DNA of 64,000 nt. Origin: Bigelowiella natans CCMP2755 (taxonomy: Eukaryota; Protista; Cercozoa). A model generated the notes under the pieces. It had not been told where the DNA came from. It saw only the letters and a list, made by a program, of their open reading frames with translations, and searched no databases. The stretch lies in assembly GCA_000320545.1 (NCBI GenBank), contig ADNK01002595.1, forward strand, positions 1 to 64,000, read 5' to 3'. Position 1 is the stretch's first letter. The number at the start of each line of letters is the position of its first letter. Both the position numbers and the translations under genes were made by a program. Positions 59,752-64,000 of this stretch are shown piece by piece.

Positions 59752-60462
59752 GGGAGAATTGAGGTGGGTTAATGGGAAACGGAACATGGCGCCATCATCA
59801 ACATATCACTGGTACACTATCAATGCCTCAACGGAGTTTCTCTCATTAACAGTCATGTACCGTCGGCGATTCTGAGCAGGCGACAATCTTTCGCACATAG
59901 ATCCTATAGAAGCCACAGAGATGTAAGTGCCGCATTCACTATATCGAAATCAGAACGTGCGTATGAAAATCTTGTGATCCTCTCCTCCCTCCTCTATCAG
60001 ACTCCTCCTGGAGCAGCTAGGTGGAAACGACGACTGTCACCGTTGGCCCGGAAAGAGTTCCACTCAAATTCAGCATCATCACCATCAACATTATCGTCAT
60101 CACCTCCATTGCAGAAAAAAACAGGAGAACGTGAGCGTGTGAGTGAATCTCGTTGTCGCAGAAACAAGGCTGATGAAAAAGCAGCAGCAGAGAGCATAGT
60201 TAATGATGATAGGGGACGGAAATATGATCCTGTGTTGAAACGACGCGAGATGTCATCATTGCTCACGGTGGTGCTACCAGCGCTGACGATGATGGGTGAC
60301 AGCAAAGCCGATGAACAAGGTATTGGCTACTACTGGCATCTTTGCACGCCTTTGCAAGTCCTTTACTTTCTCCCTTCTTCCCTCCGCTCCTGTCTATATT
60401 TCTCCCACGTCGATGCATCTTGAGTGAGTGCGGATGTTATCTTATCAAACTCACCCCTCTCT

Positions 60463-60493
<31 letters not shown>

Positions 60494-61721
60494 CCCTCCC
60501 TCCAACTGAAAATGTAGGTTTGGACTGGAAGTCTACAGTAGGGATGGAGCGGCCGCGCCGACGGTTTGAGCGCGAGGAAGAATTCTTTCCACTACGATTC
60601 GTGACCTATCTTTCTCGATTCTTACTGAATTTTGACGAGCAAAGCCGAAAGTTCTGGTGAGTGTTCCAAAGTCTTACACTTGACCCTTTCTTATCATCAC
60701 TCGTGCCCATTCCTTGTCTCTGTATCGAAAATAAGCATTATCATCATCATCGTCATCATCGTAATCCTTTTCTTGGCTGATGTGATTCAATGCTGTGATG
60801 ATGATGATCCACTGTAGGGACAACGCTGGGGCTGCCATTCCGTTGTCCTACTCAGCTTCCCAGGTACGAGAAGCACGATTGAAGCAGTATGGCGAGTTTG
60901 CTGCCTCAGTGGAATTCGGTCTAAAGCCTTTTAATTCGAGAAAAGGCATTGATGAGGTTAGTAGTAGTTGTAGTAGTAGTGGTAGTGGTAGTAATAGTAG
61001 TACCATCGTTGTGAACATCATCACCATTATCATCCTCTTGTCCTTCCTCTTCTTCTTCTTCTTCTTCTTCTTCTTCTTCTCCGAACGATGATGATGATGA
61101 TGATCTCCTTGATTAGCTTCTTAACATCCTGAGCCTGAAATTCACGAGTCCTTCGGCGAAGCGCCAGCTATCGATTCTCTTCTCCTTCGTCCAGGATCGC
61201 CAACCTGTGCAAGATATCACCCGTCTTCTCGCCGAAGCGGTGAAGTTGATGATGAAGATGATGATGATGATGATGATGATAATGCGAGAGATGACTACCA
61301 TTTAAACATGTCGTAGATTCACACACAACTACTCCCCCCCCCCCCCTCCTCTCATTTGCTCTTCTTCCCCTCCAACAGGATAACGCCACAGTCAGTCAAA
61401 TACTGGTAGAGGACTCTGGTCGCGGGTTCCTCCGTCCTCCGCAAGTGACACTCACAGCACCTATAGGGAGGGGGGTGCGTGCGAAAGCAAAAGCGATTAT
61501 GGAGACTCTGGGGCCTATTGGGGCTGTGAACATCACTGATCCCGGTACAATAAGTTGTAGTAGTAGTAGTAGTTGTTGTTGTTGTTGTTGTAGTAGTAGT
61601 GGTAGTAGTGGGAAGAGGAGGAGGAGGAGGAGGAGGAGGAGGAGGAGGAGGAAAGCGCAGTAGCTACTGCATAAGGATGCCACATGCAGGATGGGATATT
61701 GGGAGACGAAGAAGAAGATGG

Positions 61722-61753
<32 letters not shown>

Positions 61754-63152
61754 GTAACAATGATGATTATTATCATCGTTATGGTAATATTCTCGGTTAC
61801 AAGTATCATCCTATCTCCCTCGTTTTCTCTTTATTCATACGACCTTTTCTTCGCGTTATTCATTCTTTTTGTTCTTATATACCTCTGCTGCAATACTAAT
61901 TCGAGTTCTCTCATCATTCCTTTCTCCTTCTCTCCTCATAATCCAAAACTACTCACTCCAAGGGAATGGCTACTTAGAGGCACCATTGGTCGAGATCTCC
62001 CCACCACAGGAGGGAGGGAGACAAGCGAAAGCGATTGCTGTTGTAGAAGGCGGTCACATAAAGGCGATTCGGCTCACAGACAGAGGCGACGGGTAGCAAA
62101 AACTAAATCGATAGATGATTCTCTACATTGATCTGTGTGCAGCATTGTGCTTATACCTCGAAACGACCTCCTCCTCCTCCTCCTCCTCCTCCTCCTCCTC
62201 ACACATGCTTGCAGCAGATTAGTAGTATAACGACGATGTACTTAGCACATAGAGATGGACAACAAACAAGCACAGGAGGAAGATATTATATGAATATGCA
62301 TGTGTTTTGAATTGCACTAATCTGATGTTTCGCTTCATTTTCTCTCCCCCCGTCTGCATCTACTCTCCTATCCTTTCTTCTTCTTCCTCCTCCTCTTCTT
62401 CCTCCTCCTCTTCTCCTTCTTTAGTTATAGTTACAACGAAAAGGTCAGCGTTAAATTGGTGAAGCAGGAGCAAGAGGCGTCATCGTCATCGTCATCATCT
62501 TCATCTTCATCTGCCGTTCCCTATGATGAAGCGAGCAGCTCACAAATGAAACAACGAATAAGCAGTAGCACCGATTTTAGACCTGCGACTGTCAAACCGC
62601 TGCTAGAATTATGCATCAAAGAGCTGCAGATTGTAGATGGTGGCAGCTCTTACGCAAATGAGCAGGTTGCCAGGAAGGAGGGGAGGGGGGGGAGGGGCGG
62701 ACATGGTAGGAAGGATAGATAGCGTCTTAACTCAAGTGCGAGAGAAATAAATTCGTCCTTGATTTTTGCTGTAGGAGTATATCATTTACTTATACGTGTC
62801 TTGAAAGCTACTTCTCTATAATTACTACGGTGGCGCTTAAACTTCTTTTCCTCTTCTCCATACACAGGGTGTGTTAGTAAACATTGCATCTCCACAAGAT
62901 AGTCTAGGACTGGAGGTTGTTCTTTCCACCCATTCCTTCTCTATTCTTCCTTCTCTCTTCTCCCTTCTCTCTTCTCTGGAACGAGAGGACGATACCGACC
63001 TATTATTGGCATGAATCGTGTCCCAACACGTTATGATGATGATGATGATGACTAGAGTCGTGGATGTGATGTGGCGACTTCAATAAGTACAAGATTTTTT
63101 AAAAGTTAAATAGAAGTAATGCTGCTACTAAAAGCTCATTCTAAACACACGC

Positions 63153-63199
<47 letters not shown>

Positions 63200-63543
63200 A
63201 CATTCCCCTCATCATTATCTGTATTATCATCACAGGACGGTGCTCCGGCTAGAGCTGTTGCGACATTGAAAAAGAGACCAATCAAGAAAACAAGCGGGGA
63301 GACGCTGCCGTATATGCAGCTTCCTTCTTCATCCATCTCCCAGCAATTAACACAGCTTATCCCAGACTCAATCATTCCGTATTTAGATAGTACCTCGGGA
63401 CGCTATGAGGTGAAAGTTCCCTTCGATGACGTGAGCTCCTCTTGGCTTCTTGACAAGTACATTTCGGAATCTAATAGTATATATATATATATATATATAT
63501 TATATAAATATACATAAATATTGTAGTGTACTTATGCGGCTAT

Positions 63544-63607
<64 letters not shown>

Positions 63608-64000
63608 TCTGATATTTCTTTTCAATATTTCTTAGAGAAGCACGTTGTGGCGGGTCGTTGGATCCTGCTTTCGGGTTAGCAAATCGTTGAACAACAAGAA
63701 GAAGAAGAACAACAACAACAACAACAACAACAGCAAATAAAGAATAGTAGTAGTAAAAGAGGAGGAGGAGGAGGAGGAGGAGAAGAGAATCGGCACTTTA
63801 TGTCGCATTTTGTGCGTCTTCCTACGATATATGACACGGCGATCGACGGTAGATGTGAGTTGTGCTGCAGCCAGGCAAAGCTTCGTTTTGTAACGGTTTT
63901 TTCACCGTTATTATTAACTACCACTAATAATAATATTAAGGCCGCGCGGTTGCATGCCTGTGGAGAGGGAAAAGGAGCTCGATGCCCTCGCATATGGGAA
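59557..64000 (+). CDS. Probably plastid-targeted protein with beta-rich internal repeats (continues beyond the window)
   Basis: Signal ALVYLIAASVVAG plus a transit-like region; exons FFPLRFVTYLSRFLLNFD, YGEFAASVEFGL, AKRQLSILFSF, repeats EDSGRGFLRPPQVTLTAP / TDPGNGYLEAPLVEISPP / TDRGDGY / VDGGSSY, and LDPAFG near 63660. Confidence 0.7.

Overview
Eukaryotic nuclear DNA from an intron-rich protist. Several proteins carry signal plus transit-like bipartite leaders, which points to an alga with a secondary plastid (chlorarachniophyte-like; inference). About 16 protein genes or fragments are present, mostly alternating in strand: the 3' end of a Ser/Thr kinase, a plastid UbiE-like methyltransferase, an MFS (SLC45/SUC-like) transporter, arginyl-tRNA synthetase, two intronless isoprenylcysteine-methylesterase-like hydrolases (one with an in-frame TAA), a bacterial-type NAD+-dependent DNA ligase, an SH3b-like protein, a tandem aldo-keto reductase, TMEM45/DUF716-like, coiled-coil, TPR, ankyrin-CaaX, DUF1995-like, and a 3'-truncated plastid-targeted protein. 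Many introns are full of microsatellites, which produce most of the spurious ORFs. The main signal is four non-genic islands (about 9.0-9.5, 17.3-18.1, 25.2-26.0 and 51.3-52.8 kb) where TpA is almost absent and the survivors are nearly all in TAG/CTA context. These islands contain a MITE, two inverted copies of a repeat, and a kinesin pseudogene. In the pseudogene, conserved Tyr and Ile codons and a GT donor appear converted by TA->CA/TG (GYNGTIFAYGQT -> GHNGTMFAHGQT). This suggests a repeat-targeted A:T->G:C hypermutation system, the mirror image of fungal RIP. Unusual domain architectures: ArgRS with an inserted PheT-like OB domain, LigA with an N-terminal BRCT, and a type I membrane double AKR. 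All dinucleotide counts and exon assemblies were done by eye.
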